From NCBI RefSeq assembly GCF_001194135.2, contig NC_068984.1, positions 71,503,946-71,567,945 on the forward strand: a DNA stretch of 64,000 nt, in the 5' to 3' direction. The notes below the pieces were generated by a model. That model searched no databases, was not told the origin of the DNA, and saw only the letters and a program-made list of their open reading frames with translations. Shown piece after piece: positions 36,720 to 49,604 of this stretch. Source of the stretch: Octopus bimaculoides. Its lineage: Eukaryota. Position 1 is the stretch's first letter. Each line of letters begins with the position of its first letter. Position numbers and translations under genes: made by a program.

Positions 36720-37990
36720 TTTTCCTAAATTCCATGAAAGAATTTATAATTCTGTGTTTTCTTGATACAACTATTTTCGATTGCTTATTATCTATTTGTT
36801 CTTTACAGAGAATAATTTCGAGTGTTTCCAACGTAGGGGTTAGCACTTCTCTGTATGGACCATTTTGATGTTATTCCTTTCCACTTCGCTTAACCCCCAG
36901 ATGAGATTCCCTAGCGAGGTGCAGTGACGCTTAGTTTCATTAGAAAATGATAGAATGTGATTCCTCATGTGGTTTTTTACCGTATCGGTAGTACATATAT
37001 TTCTGTGCATCAGTGTGCATTCACATTTATAAATATCATTCCGCCTCATGCAGTTATTTTTGAACTTACATTCGCTGTTAGTCTCAAGTTGTTTCTTATG
37101 GAGTCGTTTCTGGTGCTTAGGTACTCTGTTTCTGCATTTTATTTATGCTGTTCAGTGTGCCGTTAGAACCCGTGCTTTGAATGTTACTTGTATCATTTCT
37201 GTAGTTGACTATTCGCTCCTACTCTGTTCCTATTCTTCTGCTTACACCGACTTGTGAGTTGTGAATTATTATTTCCTCTCCGTACTTATTTTCTTCCTAT
37301 TTACCTTATTTTCATCTTCTGTGCTTATTTACCTGTCTTCTTTAATTCAATTGTTCTGTTATTTAGTTCATGAATATAATATATTGTTATTTAGTTCATG
37401 AATATTATAATATATATTGTGAAGCTTGTGTATACTAATTTTACTTTGCGTCTGTTATAAATTTTGTAGTTCCTACTCGACTTAGAAAAATGTCTGTCTA
37501 ATGCAGGGAAAAATTCACGTTTAATTTTGGATTCACACTGTAATCCATATATTGTATTAAAACGGATTATTTCATCCTTGTCTGTTTTTCTAGTTCGTTT
37601 ATTGTGTCTCTTTGGCTTATCTGTGTATGTTTTTCCTGTGCCCATCTACCTTACGTTTAGTATTTTGATCTGTTCTTCCCATCTTTTTCCTTGTTTCCCT
37701 AGAGTAGTATCCATTAGTTTTTGTTTTATCTCCACGTCCCTTAGTATTGTTACTACGTTTTCTCATCTTTGTTCTTATCTCATTCATAATTATACTGATT
37801 TGCTTTTACCATGACAATTGCTATTAGTTCTTTCTTCAATTTCAAATCTATCTTCGTTTTGATGTACTGTTATATCATCTGGCAAGTATTTTGTTCTATC
37901 CTTATATCCTGCCCTGGCTACTGGTGTGTTTGTAGTATTCTCCGTGCTCATTAAATATTGATTCGTCGGCGGGTACTCTATATACATATA
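36720..37990 (-). mobile_element. Penelope-like element remnant (RT C-terminal linker plus GIY-YIG)
   Basis: ARAGYKDRTKY; EIIRFNTIYG..FFPALDRHFSKSSRNYKIYNRRKVKLVYTS; CKFKNNCMRRNDIYKCEC..MRNHILSFSNETKRHCTSLGNLIWGL; then KWSIQRSAKPY. Confidence 0.75.
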
Positions 37991-38239
37991 CATATATACA
38001 TGTACATGTATAGATATATGTGTGTATGCGTGTTTCTGTGTGTAGTGTGTGTCTGTGTAAATAGATAATATATAGTATTTGTAATATTTTATAAAATATA
38101 TGACTGTATATATATATATATATAAACATATATAAATTCATTTAAGAGATGGAATAATCTGACCTTTATGTATTGCACTTCATTTTCCCATATACTTTGG
38201 AGAGTTGTGTATGTTTGTGAATCCAGTAGTCTCAAACAG

Positions 38240-38585
38240 ACTGTAAGAATGTCTTTACCCCGCGTCCAGGTGTGGCCTCAAGGCAGAGTGCTGCACAATA
38301 CACATGCTATTTTGTCAGATACTATTACAAGCGAACTACGGATAGCAAGTTGGAACACTCTAGATCACTTTAGCTGACCTCAGGATGGCATTTGACCTTG
38401 TGAGCAGAGGTGGCCTGTTCAAATTCCACTGCAAATACTAGGCATCTCCCGTCAAAAACCAGGTCACTATTGTTCTGTCCATATGCACATGAAAAGTGTC
38501 ATTTAGTGTGATCTTCCTTCTCAGAATAGTTCGGTATTTGCAGTAGAGTAAACCAGTGCTACGTACTCACCCCACCCTGTTTTGT
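38240..38585 (+). mobile_element. RTE-like LINE fragment, internally deleted
   Basis: LRIASWN (start of APE) at 38336 is followed within about 20 bp by ADLRMAFDLVSRGGLFK (RT motif) and, at 38546-38583, a frameshifted GVKQGCVLAPTLF-like stretch. Confidence 0.6.
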
Positions 38586-39063
38586 ATGTACATTTCAGTT
38601 ACGATGGAGCTTACTTTGAGCATAGCTGATGGTTATTACTTTTAATCCATGTCTTTTTAGATGAACGTTAGAAAGTGGGATGATATTGATAATGATCAAT
38701 CCCAATGAAGATAAGAAATAGACAAACGTATAAAGATAGAGAAGGGACTGATGATTGTTGATGAAGAAGAGCCTTTTCAAAGAATATGCAACACCAATAC
38801 AAAACTGGAAAACATCGCCTCAAGTGTAAACTCTGTGCCTTTGAATGCCACTGTCATGTGGGCTTCTACTGCCAGAGTAAATGCTGTTCTTCCAAGATCA
38901 AAACATGATTTTTCCTGACGTAAATCCATATTATAATATTGCAGTTGTGCTCTATGAGTTGTGTTGTGTCCCATGAGGCTGGTCCTTTTCTCCACCACTA
39001 GCACAGGTGGAATGACATCCAGTTACGGTGCGTCGTATACGTATGCAGACATATACGAGTATA

Positions 39064-39122
<59 letters not shown>

Positions 39123-39164
39123 TGTGAGTGTGTGTGCGTGTGGGTGCGTGTGTGTTTTTTGTGA

Positions 39165-39425
39165 ATGGCGCATAGCTTAGTGGTTAGGGTGTTGCACTCA
39201 AGATTGTGAGATTGTTGGTTCGATTCCCAGACCAGTCGTTGTGTTGTGTTCTTGAGCAATACACATAATCTCACTCTGATTTGTGATCCCTTCAACATCT
39301 GAGATATGGCACCCAGTTGCATCTGTGGAGGTAATGTTGACTTGATGGAGAGAGTGAGCTTATGTCTACTCGATTTCATCACTAAAAACAAATCATTTCT
39401 GCTAATGATACAAACTTCTGTTGCA
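39165..39425 (+). mobile_element. tRNA-derived SINE (diverged)
   Basis: GGCGCATAGCTTAGTGGTTAGGGTG (A box) and GGTTCGATTCCC (B box), followed by GTGTTCTTGAGCAA body. Confidence 0.7.
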
Positions 39426-40195
39426 TGGGACCAAAAGTATAAAACACTCGTGCTTTCTTCCATCATTAAAGCGAAGTTAAATATATTTGGCTTTTAAAAT
39501 AAAAACGTGAATTAGATCTGAACTTTACTAGGGGTGTGATATACTCTCCTATAACGTTGCTACAAATCTCTATATAAGCTTTTTTTCTAACGAGCCAAAT
39601 TTCAATATTGTATGTCAAAATGAAGCCGGGGACCAGTCCTCTTCCAAAACATTATCGGTTTTCAATTTGGTTNNNNNNNNNNNNNNNNNNNNNNNNNNNN
39701 NNNNNNNNNNNNNNNNNNNNNNNNNNNNNNNNNNNNNNNNNNNNNNNNNNNNNNNNNNNNNNNNNNNNNNNNNNNNNNNNNNNNNNNNNNNNNNNNNNNN
39801 NNNNNNNNNNNNNNNNNNNNNNNNNNNNNNNNNNNNNNNNNNNNNNNNNNNNNNNNNNNNNNNNNNNNNNNNNNNNNNNNNNNNNNNNNNNNNNNNNNNN
39901 NNNNNNNNNNNNNNNNNNNNNNNNNNNNNNNNNNNNNNNNNNNNNNNNNNNNNNNNNNNNNNNNNNNNNNNNNNNNNNNNNNNNNNNNNNNNNNNNNNNN
40001 NNNNNNNNNNNNNNNNNNNNNNNNNNNNNNNNNNNNNNNNNNNNNNNNNNNNNNNNNNNNNNNNNNNNNNNNNNNNNNNNNNNNNNNNNNNNNNNNNNNN
40101 NNNNNNNNNNNNNNNNNNNNNNNNNNNNNNNNNNNNNNNNNNNNNNNNNNNNNNNNNNNNNNNNNNNNNNNNNNNNNNNNNNNNNNNNNNNNNNN

Positions 40196-40253
<58 letters not shown>

Positions 40254-40419
40254 CCGACCTTAATTCTTTGCAATGCCCATTCACTGCAGGACGACCATAT
40301 TTGTATATTAACACTTTCGTCACGTAGCCATGCAATTCAAATCAAATTTTAGTTATTTTTTAATCCCTTCCGAAAATAATCCATATCATACATATGCTTT
40401 TACTCATACCAAGTTGTGA

Positions 40420-41636
40420 CAGTTATACACTTTTTACATTGTCTAATATTTTACAGTGGCCAATATTTGCACTTCCTTCACGTAACCATACCAAGTTTTA
40501 ACAGTAATACAGTTTTGAACGTTGTTACAGATGAATTGACGCCGTTACCGACCTCGATCAAGTTACACAATTTCAAGCTGAACTTCTCTACTCTCAAGAT
40601 CCTCCAGAGCTCCCATCCCCCATGAACTTCACTTGAAAGTCGGTTACCTTGTTCTCCTCCTACGCAATGTAAACGCACCCACACTATGCAGTGGAACTCA
40701 TCTTGTGGTCAAACAAATGATGGACCACGTTATTGAAGTTCAAATTAACACGGAACACGGCAAAAATGATACCGTTTTCATTCCGAAAATTCCGCTAACC
40801 CCGAACCCACGGCCACTATCCTATGCAGAGACTTCAGTTCCCTCCGAAACTCAGTTTCGCCATGATAATTAACAAAGCACAAGGTCAGTCCCTAAACCCT
40901 GTTGGATTGCACCTTCGAAAATCGTGCTTTTCACATGAACAGCTCTACGTCGGTTGTTCCGGGGTTGGCCATCCAGACATCTTATGCATCTATGCTCCTG
41001 AAGGAAAAACAAAAAATGTAGTCTGCAAAGCAGCCCTACAGTAGTTATTGCTCAACTACATTCTTCACATCTACGCCAAACTGTAGCCGTGAGCAATCAG
41101 ACTTCCTGTAAACATTTAATTTTTATTTTGCTTCATTTCTCTGATTGCTGTTAACGGTACATTACTTTCAATGACCCTTCTTACTTCACGCACACTAATG
41201 GCTCATAAATAAGCTCTGACATGCTTTTTTGTACATGCTATTATTCTGTCTGCATGTCTGCCATTAATGTTTGCTTTTCTTTATCATACGTAACTTTCAT
41301 TGAAAAAAAACTTCAATGTGTTTGTGTCAGGCATTACAAGAAAGATAAGTACAGGATACAAAACGCTTCAGTAAGATATAAGATCCCTAATGCCTACTGC
41401 AATTGCGTCCTCATTTCATGGACTTTCATTTATTCCTAAGTGCCAAATTTGTGTTCGGAAAAAGTATTAAGTTTCTTGATGCCATATCATAAACTGCTAA
41501 CGAAAATGGTAATTATACATTTTACGCTAATAAATTGAAACGACTTCTAACTGCGGGCGAACTCAACGTAAACCATCCACAGGAGTGCACCATTATAATA
41601 AATTACACAGTCAAATGGACGGGTGCATTTCTTAGT
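40420..41636 (+). mobile_element. Helitron 3' portion (PIF1-like helicase C-terminus)
   Basis: LKVGYLVLLLRNVNAPTLCSGTHLVVK..VFIPKIPL; RLQFP..LSFAMIINKAQGQSL..CFSHEQLYVGCS..YAPEGKTKNVV; possible 3' end GGACGGGTGCATTTCTTAG|T. Confidence 0.88.
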
Positions 41637-41867
41637 ATATACATATATATATCATGGTACTTATAATTATGGATCGTTATGCAAAACTTTTTTGTTTTGG
41701 ATCAACAATTATGATATTCTTCCATCGAGATTTGTATTATGCGTCATTGCAATCCGTTCCTATCGCATAACGTCAAAGAGTAATTCCATTGTGATGTAAT
41801 ATACATCCTTATGAATAAATCATCGTATATGTCGCTTCATGTTGTTATTGTTTTCATATTATTTCAG

Positions 41868-41895
41868 GTCTGAAATATATAAGATTATTGTCAAG
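41868..41895 (+). other. Candidate 28-nt exon (unverified)
   Basis: Pyrimidine-rich acceptor TTGTTTTCATATTATTTCAG and perfect AAG|GTAAGT donor; open as SEIYKIIVK or LKYIRLLS. Confidence 0.3.
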
Positions 41896-43299
41896 GTAAG
41901 TTTACAAATAAGTAGAGCTGACCACAGCATTAAAAACTTAGAATATTTTGATGTTCTTCGCAGCAATATCTATTAAAGTACCTGATTCACTGTAGCAATG
42001 TAAACCCATCGGTAATGAAACACAACGAGAGTGTTTATCATTTTGGCGATAGACTCTCTGCCAGTGAACAATCTTCCAGTTGTTTGTTGTCTGCTACTCT
42101 AGGAGTTCAGCGACGACGCGTCAAGTACTTATACATAAGTCTATAGCAAATAGATATAAAATTTCAACGCAGATCATTGTGCGGAATACTTAACCAGCCT
42201 ACATTGTCTTTGTACATGATATGACGAGTTATCACGTGATCACCGTCAATGAAATTATTACATTCGAAAATAGAAGTGCATCAGTCTAATTCGTATGATG
42301 ACTGTATGAATTATTATCAGGAGTATGTAAAATAAATTAGAGCAATCCATAAAATGCAATTATGAAAGACAAATAATTACTTATACGGCAACAGGCACTT
42401 ATTAATTTATGCTCTGAAATATGTCGTCACAAGAGAATGCTAACATATTCGTTTTCTAGCTAATACTACAAAAGAACGCAACTACACAGAGGAAAGAGAT
42501 ATAAGGAAGTGCTAAGTATATATTTCAACAACAAATTCTGATTGTATTCAAGTCTCCTGATATTGCCAATTAGAATATGGTTTCTTTAAATGCTGCTATA
42601 TATTCCCAAAAGTTAATCTGAAATATGAAATTGTGAAATCAATTTCCTTCGCAACTCCCAAGTAAGATTCAATTTTCTGCCTGTTATATACATGTATGAG
42701 TATTTTTGAGAATACAATTGCCTGCATCTATACTTTTGTCTAAAATTTCCTTATTTTTGTCTATATTTTTGTCTAAAAGTTCCTTATAGCAATCTTGTTG
42801 CCCATGAACATCACACAATATATTTATTGTTTTCTCTTTATTACTTTAAAGTTCTGTTTGTCTACAGTCGCTTTCCATATCTGCAAAATAATGTTAAATA
42901 CGTACAAAAGTGTATTAATTCGAGTATAAAATGAGGCACTTCATAAATAAAATAATCCCTAGTAAAGAAAGAGAAAATCATCTATTGGGAATTATTCTTC
43001 TATTTTGTTAAAGATTCGAGACATGCATTCTATGCAATGATTTAAACAACATCAATGTGTAATTGAAGTGTGCTAAATTTATAATTTATCTTCATTACAA
43101 GTTAGAATGTTGGTATATAGTAATCTTAATACCGCAACAACTACATTAAAATGTATTATTAACTGTGTTTATATTAGCGTTAAGTTCACACTATATATAT
43201 TGTACAATGCGAAATACACCACATTATAAACAATAGTTTTTATAAAATACTCTTTTCCCATTTGAATTACTAATGAAGAAGAAAGCAAATTCAGTGGGG

Positions 43300-43870
43300 T
43301 TATATGAAAGCTACAGTGTCCTATTTTGTTGGTTCGACGTTGACCTAGCCGCTCTCTTTTTGACGAAATATATTCAGTCCGTTAAAATCTCAGCTGCTAA
43401 GATGTTTCTGTCTCTCTTTCGTACTTGCAACATTCTTATGACTGAGAATATCTTAGATCATTATAAAGCCACAGTTCGACCTTGCATTGTATATTGCTGT
43501 GACCTTTAGGTGGTGTTTCTTCTGAGCATCTAATTAATAATGAAGTTGTTAGAATAGAAGGTCTTTTTTTGTCTCTGCTGGACTGGGATATTTTGCTCAT
43601 CGTGAAAATGCATCTCCGTTGTAGCTTTTATATAATTATTTCCAGGGCCGTTAATCTTATTTTTCTGGTCTAGGTCAATCACACCATAAGTTTACACATG
43701 GCACTGCTTCTCTTCCTAGGAGTAACACATTTTTCAGGTTCCTCTTAGGCATTAGTATTTTTATCTAAGTGCCTTCTCGACTCAATCCGCTGTGAAACAC
43801 ACTACACTCGTCTTGTTCTTTTTCTCTGATCTGTGACATTCAGCACCTTGTAATTAACTGGCGAATATAT
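43300..43870 (+). mobile_element. CR1/L2/Jockey-type LINE 3' fragment, highly degenerate
   Basis: YKATVRPCIVYCCDL resembles the post-RT motif YK..VRP.(L/M)EY; the rest is frameshifted. Confidence 0.45.
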
Positions 43871-45662
43871 CAACTATCATTTCGATAAATACACACACAT
43901 AGGTTTTGAAAGAAAATGTATGAACACTTTTAAAGATTAGTTATAAATGTATAAGCGGGAAATGTTTGTAAGTTTTAAAGTGCGTACGGCTTTAATTAAC
44001 AACCATGACTTCAAAATCTACCAAATATGTGTATGTACACATGTACTTACAAATACATTCATAAGTATATATATATATATATATATATNNNNNNNNNNNN
44101 NNNNNNNNNNNNNNNNNNNNNNNNNNNNNNNNNNNNNNNNNNNNNNNNNNNNNNNNNNNNNNNNNNNNNNNNNNNNNNNNNNNNNNNNNNNNNNNNNNNN
44201 NNNNNNNNNNNNNNNNNNNNNNNNNNNNNNNATACATACATACATACATACATACATGCATACATACGTACATACACACACATAACCAATCCCAACAATC
44301 AATGTTAAAATTTGTTTTCATGATTACTTTCACTCACTGTAAAAACAAGTGACATTTTCCCATTTGCTATGAAATTGCTAGAGTGGTCGAGTCATGATTG
44401 TATTATATTCTGTTTAGTACTTTGTGCTTTCATTTCAATTTCCTTTAATATACTGAACATGACATGCAAGTTGATGGTTGTAAAATTCTATTTTTGTTAT
44501 CAAATGATGTCAGGAAAGAAGAAATCTGGAATTCTATGTGAGTCTCTGATATTTTAGAATACTGTCGTTTTCAATGCAACAACGTATTATTTGAAGATAC
44601 ACAGTGCATCCATAATAACGAAAGAAAAACTTAAATGCTATTGACACATGCCCCTTATAATTTTTATTTGATTTAATTTAATCATTCATTAGTAAAATAC
44701 CGCTGCAATCCACGTTTGCACAGGTGTTGCCAACAGGGATTTTCGTTAGTTTACAGAAACTTTCCTGATTTGTTTGTCAACCTTGGTGGAGTATTATCGT
44801 TCGCTACTGAATTGCTGCAGTTGTATTCTCACTCACTCACTAACACGTCAATCCAGTATACTTCTGAACATTCGGATTCATTTCTGCAATATCAGATCCA
44901 GAAGTGTTATGATTTGAACAAGTGTGTAACAGAACATCCACTGGGAAATTAGATTCGCAAATGCCTAATTACCTAAATGATATTGGATCCCTTATCTCAA
45001 ACATATTGTTTCCTTCAACTTTGCAAACCTTACTCTGATTTCAGCTATTTAATATATAGCGGAATACATTTTGAGAACCACAACGTTTTTCCATAGATTA
45101 GATGGTAATATATCAGCAACCGACATTCTGCAATGATTATCACTGAATGCAAGTAAATCCATATAGGATAAGTATATCTCCTGAAGGATTATCTATGCTA
45201 TTTGAGTAAATCAGGGCCATAAGTTCGTAGATGGTATTTGCTGTTATTTAAATCAATTCACTTTCTTTCTACTTTCAGATAGACTGCGTGAATTATGCAT
45301 GTAACACTTTCTTTTATGTAAAAAATAGCTTGTTATTTTGACAATCCATACTCTGGAAACGATGCATGTCAGCTCTTATGGTGTAAACAATTTTGTATTC
45401 TAAATTTTATCTTTGTGTAAAAATAGTAGTTTAAAGCAACAATACTCTGCTAACATCATTAAAAGTGAATGTAGGCGTCAGCTGGGTAACAGTGGTAGGG
45501 TGATAAAGTTCCAGGAGGGTCAGTTATGAATTATGACCCTTAATTAAGTTTGCTGTCGAGTTGGCAAAGGTCAATTTTGAAGAGCGGAAATGTTCTATTA
45601 AAAATAATGCGGTTTCTCTGCGGGTGTGGTGTGCGTGGTGCGTGTAAAGGATTAAGTTGTAT

Positions 45663-46065
45663 ACTCTTTTACTCTTTTACTTGTTTCAGTCTTTTGACTG
45701 TGGCCATGCTGGAGCACCACCTTTAGTCGAGCAAATCGACCCCAGGACTTATTCTTTAGAAGCCTAGTACTTATTCTATCGGTCTCTTTTGCTGAACCGC
45801 TAAGTTACGGGGACATAAACACACCAGCATCGGTTGTCAAGCAATGTTGGGGGGACAAACACAGACATACAAACACATACATATATATCATATATATATA
45901 TATACATATATACGACGGGCTTCTTTTAGTTTCCGTCTACCAAATCCACTCACAAGGCTTTGGTCAGCCCGAGGCTATAGTAGAAGACACTTGCCCAAGA
46001 TGCCACGCAGTGGGACTGAACCCGGGACCATGTGGTTGGTAAGCAAGCTACCGACTTTGCACAGC
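45663..46065 (-). mobile_element. SINE family C, near full length
   Basis: Minus strand: tRNA head (CTTACCAACCACATGGTCCCGGGTTCAGTCCCACTGCGTGGC), body, internal (TA/CA)n, 3' domain ending CATGGCCACAGTCAAAAGACTGAAACAAGTAAAAGAGTAAAAGAG. Confidence 0.88.
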
Positions 46066-46709
46066 AGACACAGACCGGTCGTGCTTATTTCCACCTCCAA
46101 TAGTGGAGAGCGGTCGCCATTTCCTTTTCCATGTAGGCTATCTTTGAAGAGCGTATATTATATAACTGGTTTATTGCCTAACACTCAATTATATAATTTC
46201 ACGCGAAACCTATTGGTANNNNNNNNNNNNNNNNNNNNNNNNNNNNNNNNNNNNNNNNNNNNNNNNNNNNNNNNNNNNNNNNNNNNNNNNNNNNNNNNNN
46301 NNNNNNNNNNNNNNNNNNNNNNNNNNNNNNNNNNNNNNNNNNNNNNNNNNNNNNNNNNNNNNNNNNNNNNNNNNNNNNNNNNNNNNNNNNNNNNNNNNNN
46401 NNNNNNNNNNNNNNNNNNNNNNNNNNNNNNNNNNNNNNNNNNNNNNNNNNNNNNNNNNNNNNNNNNNNNNNNNNNNNNNNNNNNNNNNNNNNNNNNNNNN
46501 NNNNNNNNNNNNNNNNNNNNNNNNNNNNNNNNNNNNNNNNNNNNNNAAATTACGACAAACGTAAATAAGCAAACGAAGTTTGCTTTTAGAAGCATTGAGA
46601 TGTCTTAGAAAGTTAAAAAAGTTATTTTTAAAATCTCAATCGCAGAATAATGCTAATAATATAGCCTGAACAGGATAAACTACCCATATTTTGCAGAAAA
46701 ATGTGTAGA

Positions 46710-46785
46710 TGGCTAGCTGTGAACTCGAACTCACATCCTCGTGATTACGCATCACGATGCTTTGACCGATTAAGCTAAACTACCC
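46710..46785 (-). tRNA. tRNA-Thr(CGT)-like gene or pseudogene, non-canonical
   Basis: GGGTAGTTTAGCTTAATCGGTCAAAGCATCGTGATGCGTAATCACGAGGATGTGAGTTCGAGTTCACAGCTAGCCA: D arm GCTT/AAGC, anticodon arm CGTGA/TCACG with CGT, TTCGAG T-loop, TTTTT 8 nt downstream. Confidence 0.55.
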
Positions 46786-47091
46786 ACTGCGAATTCTTCT
46801 GCAAACTTAAGATGTATAGAAATCTCGCATTATGAGACGCTCTCATATTTTAAATTCAAATTACGACAAACGTAAATAAACAAACGTTTATCCTGTTCAG
46901 GCTATATTATTAGCATTACTCTGCGGTTGAGAATTTTAAAATCACTTCTTAAACTTTATAAGACATCTCAACGCTTCTAAAAGCAAACTTCGTTTGTTTA
47001 TTTACGTTTGTCGTAATTTGAATTTAACATATGAGAGCGTCTCATAAAGCGAGATTTCTATACATCTTAAATTTGCAGAGGCATTCGTAGC

Positions 47092-47167
47092 GGGTAGTCT
47101 AGCTTAATCGGTCAAAGCATCGTGACCCGTAATCACGTGGATGTGAGTTCGAGTCCACAGCTAGCCA
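47092..47167 (+). tRNA. tRNA-Thr(CGT)-like gene or pseudogene, non-canonical
   Basis: GGGTAGTCTAGCTTAATCGGTCAAAGCATCGTGACCCGTAATCACGTGGATGTGAGTTCGAGTCCACAGCTAGCCA; same fold and the same acceptor-stem mismatch. Confidence 0.55.
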
Positions 47168-47174
47168 CCTACAC

Positions 47175-47179
47175 TTTTT
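47175..47179 (+). terminator. Pol III terminator (T5) of the tRNA-like gene
   Basis: TTTTT 7 nt after the discriminator; mirrored by AAAAA at 46697-46701 for the minus-strand copy. Confidence 0.5.
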
Positions 47180-49604
47180 GTCTGCAAAATAGGGGTAGTT
47201 TATCCTGTTCAGGCTATATTATTAGCATTATTCTGCGATTGAGAATAAATATATATATATATATATAAAAACGCACGCATGCACACACACTCATACTTCG
47301 TTTTTGGAATGAAATGTAATAGTCTAATCTTCTTTATGCTTTCCAACATACATATGTATTCAATGCGATTTTATGTATGCAGTCATTCGACTTGCTAGAA
47401 GTATCAGCGTAATGTCCTCTAAAGCATTTATCAGCATGTTAATGTAAAGATTTTGCAATAAATGACGTAGATTTTGAATTATAAGGTCGAAACGTAAGTC
47501 AGGTCTACAGCCAAGTTGGCAATTTAAATGTGCTTGGACCAAGAAATAATTCATCATCTGCTAAAACTCTGTCCGAACCTACAACTTTTTTTTGTGTCTT
47601 TTTTGTTATGTGGATATAAATTTTTCCGCCTTTAGCACAGAGAAGAGGCGAACTAGCTTTGAAAAATCCCATGCACCTTCATGCAAATATATTTCTTATC
47701 ACATAAACTTGATATCATTGTAATTTTATCAGTCTTCATCAGTTAGAGAGCAGTTGGTATGCATTAATAATAATCTAAAACTGCAAATGTTGAAATTTTT
47801 CGTATGTCTTGGTGAATCACATATTTGTTGATGAACTCGAAGGTTAGGTTACATTTATCTCGAGCTGAGCATGTTGTCATTTATAGCTTACACAAAGATG
47901 TACATACCTAAAAACTCACACACACTCACACACACACACACACACACACACATACATACACACACACAGGTTGTCTGAAAGACAAACATACAGACAGATA
48001 GATCGATGTGTGTGAGTATGTGCATGTGTATGTTTTCTGTAATATTATGATTCAGGTTGTCATTAACAAAAAATAATATGTAAATATATAGATTAATGTT
48101 CCCAAATTCATCTTGCATTTGAAATCAGAATAAGGAACCAAATGTCTGCTTCAGCCCACTTATACCTATAGAGTTTAACTGATACCAAACAGGCCGGTAG
48201 CATCATAAAACTGATGAGGTTCATACAATCGATTTATTTTAAATCTTATTGTTTTCTGCTGTAAAGAAAACTTCAATGCTGAATGCGCTGGTTATTTTGA
48301 GAAATATTTAGTTTATTTCTGAGGAGATGATAAAACAATGGTAGCCCCAAGAGAAATAAATTTCACTGATTTCCGTGGCAAGTTATTTGTTGCTACTGGT
48401 CCAGGGTTGACAGTTGAATATTATTGGTGTGAAATATCAGTATTAACCCTAGAGAAATCAATATTATTCTTCAACATTACCGATTTGGTAAAACTAATTT
48501 GTTGGTTCCATTTAACAGCGCAACGTTGATTGTCATCTGATTTAAAATGTATCAAAATATTCATAACCGTTGACTTTCAATAACTATTTTTGAAAATTCA
48601 GAACAGAATATATTATTTCTACAGCCCAAAGCAGTAACAAAGTATGAAAGCCCATATGAACCAACAAATTACTACTCTAATATCCACTTGACTATTTTTG
48701 TACATGCTGGTTAATTAACGCAATAAAAACTACACTGAAAGGCACAAGAGTATCATTTAATTAACAATAAGTAAATAAAGTTTGACCATATGTATCTGGG
48801 TGTGACCTTCATGCCACATAGATTCAAATGTATACATACACACACTACACACACGCACACAAAACAGAGATACATATATTTATGTGTGCGTGTGTACGTT
48901 TCGAGATCGAGAGAGTTAAAGAGAGGCAGACAAAGAGAGAAAGAGAGAGTGCATCAATAAAATGCGTCTAGAATTAACAAAGATTAAGTTTTATATTGTC
49001 AAATGGTAATTGAAAATGATGTAACAACTAGATATTAGTATGTTAGTTGCTGCTTAAATTTGACAAACGCATGTACGTGATACCAATTTGGTTGCTGGGT
49101 TCACTGAGGAGTTCATAGGTAACGAATAAAATATAAATCAGCTAATTTATGTGCAAGAAGGTGACGTGAGATATTCTCACTCAGTGTACCTAGTGTAAAT
49201 GTAAACGCTTTTATTACAAATACATCGAACGTACAGCTATAGATGTGAGCGATACATCATTGTTTTATTGTGCCACAGAATAGTAGAGAAATTATTTTAC
49301 TATATGTGATTATTTTTCAATTCTGAAGGAGCTTAACAACTATCTTATTGAGAAGGGTTTTGATAAATTACGGGTGGAGGACATATGATACTTACTCGCT
49401 TAGAGAAAGGTAAAATTGGAAGCTTTCTTTGTCAAAAGATGCTTAAGATAAACTTCCACTCAGGTACGCCAACCGTAAAATTCCCAAAGCTTAATCTCGA
49501 CAATTAACTACTATCTAACAGTTGATCGATCATAGTGTACATTATTCTATAGTCATCTGTCCACTACTCGATTTGAATTAATTTGAACGACACTCATTGA
49601 TGAA

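Larger units (their letters stand above)
46547..47245. repeat. 311-bp tandem unit containing a tRNA-like gene, with an orientation switch at about 46886/46887
   Basis: AAATTACGACAAACGTAAATAA recurs at 46547 and 46858; from 46887 the sequence is the reverse complement of the unit and runs through a second tRNA-like copy. Confidence 0.9.

Noticed and set aside
37357-37405. 21-bp local tandem duplication (similar ones at about 21395-21465 and 62110-62137)
   Set aside because: Ordinary slippage duplications in decaying repeats.
44716-45250. Peptide-like frames on both strands
   Set aside because: Multiple stops in every frame and no recognisable family.
46547-47245. CRISPR-like or bacterial contaminant array
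   Set aside because: Units are 311-bp repeats without unique spacers, no cas genes are present, and the context is eukaryotic SINEs and microsatellites.
47360-47557. Minus-strand ORF with a TTTTAGCAG acceptor
   Set aside because: No matching upstream exon or homology; two alternative readings cannot be told apart.
48338-48529. 63-aa ORF MVAPREINFTDFRGKLFVATGPG
   Set aside because: Weak splice signals and no recognised domain.
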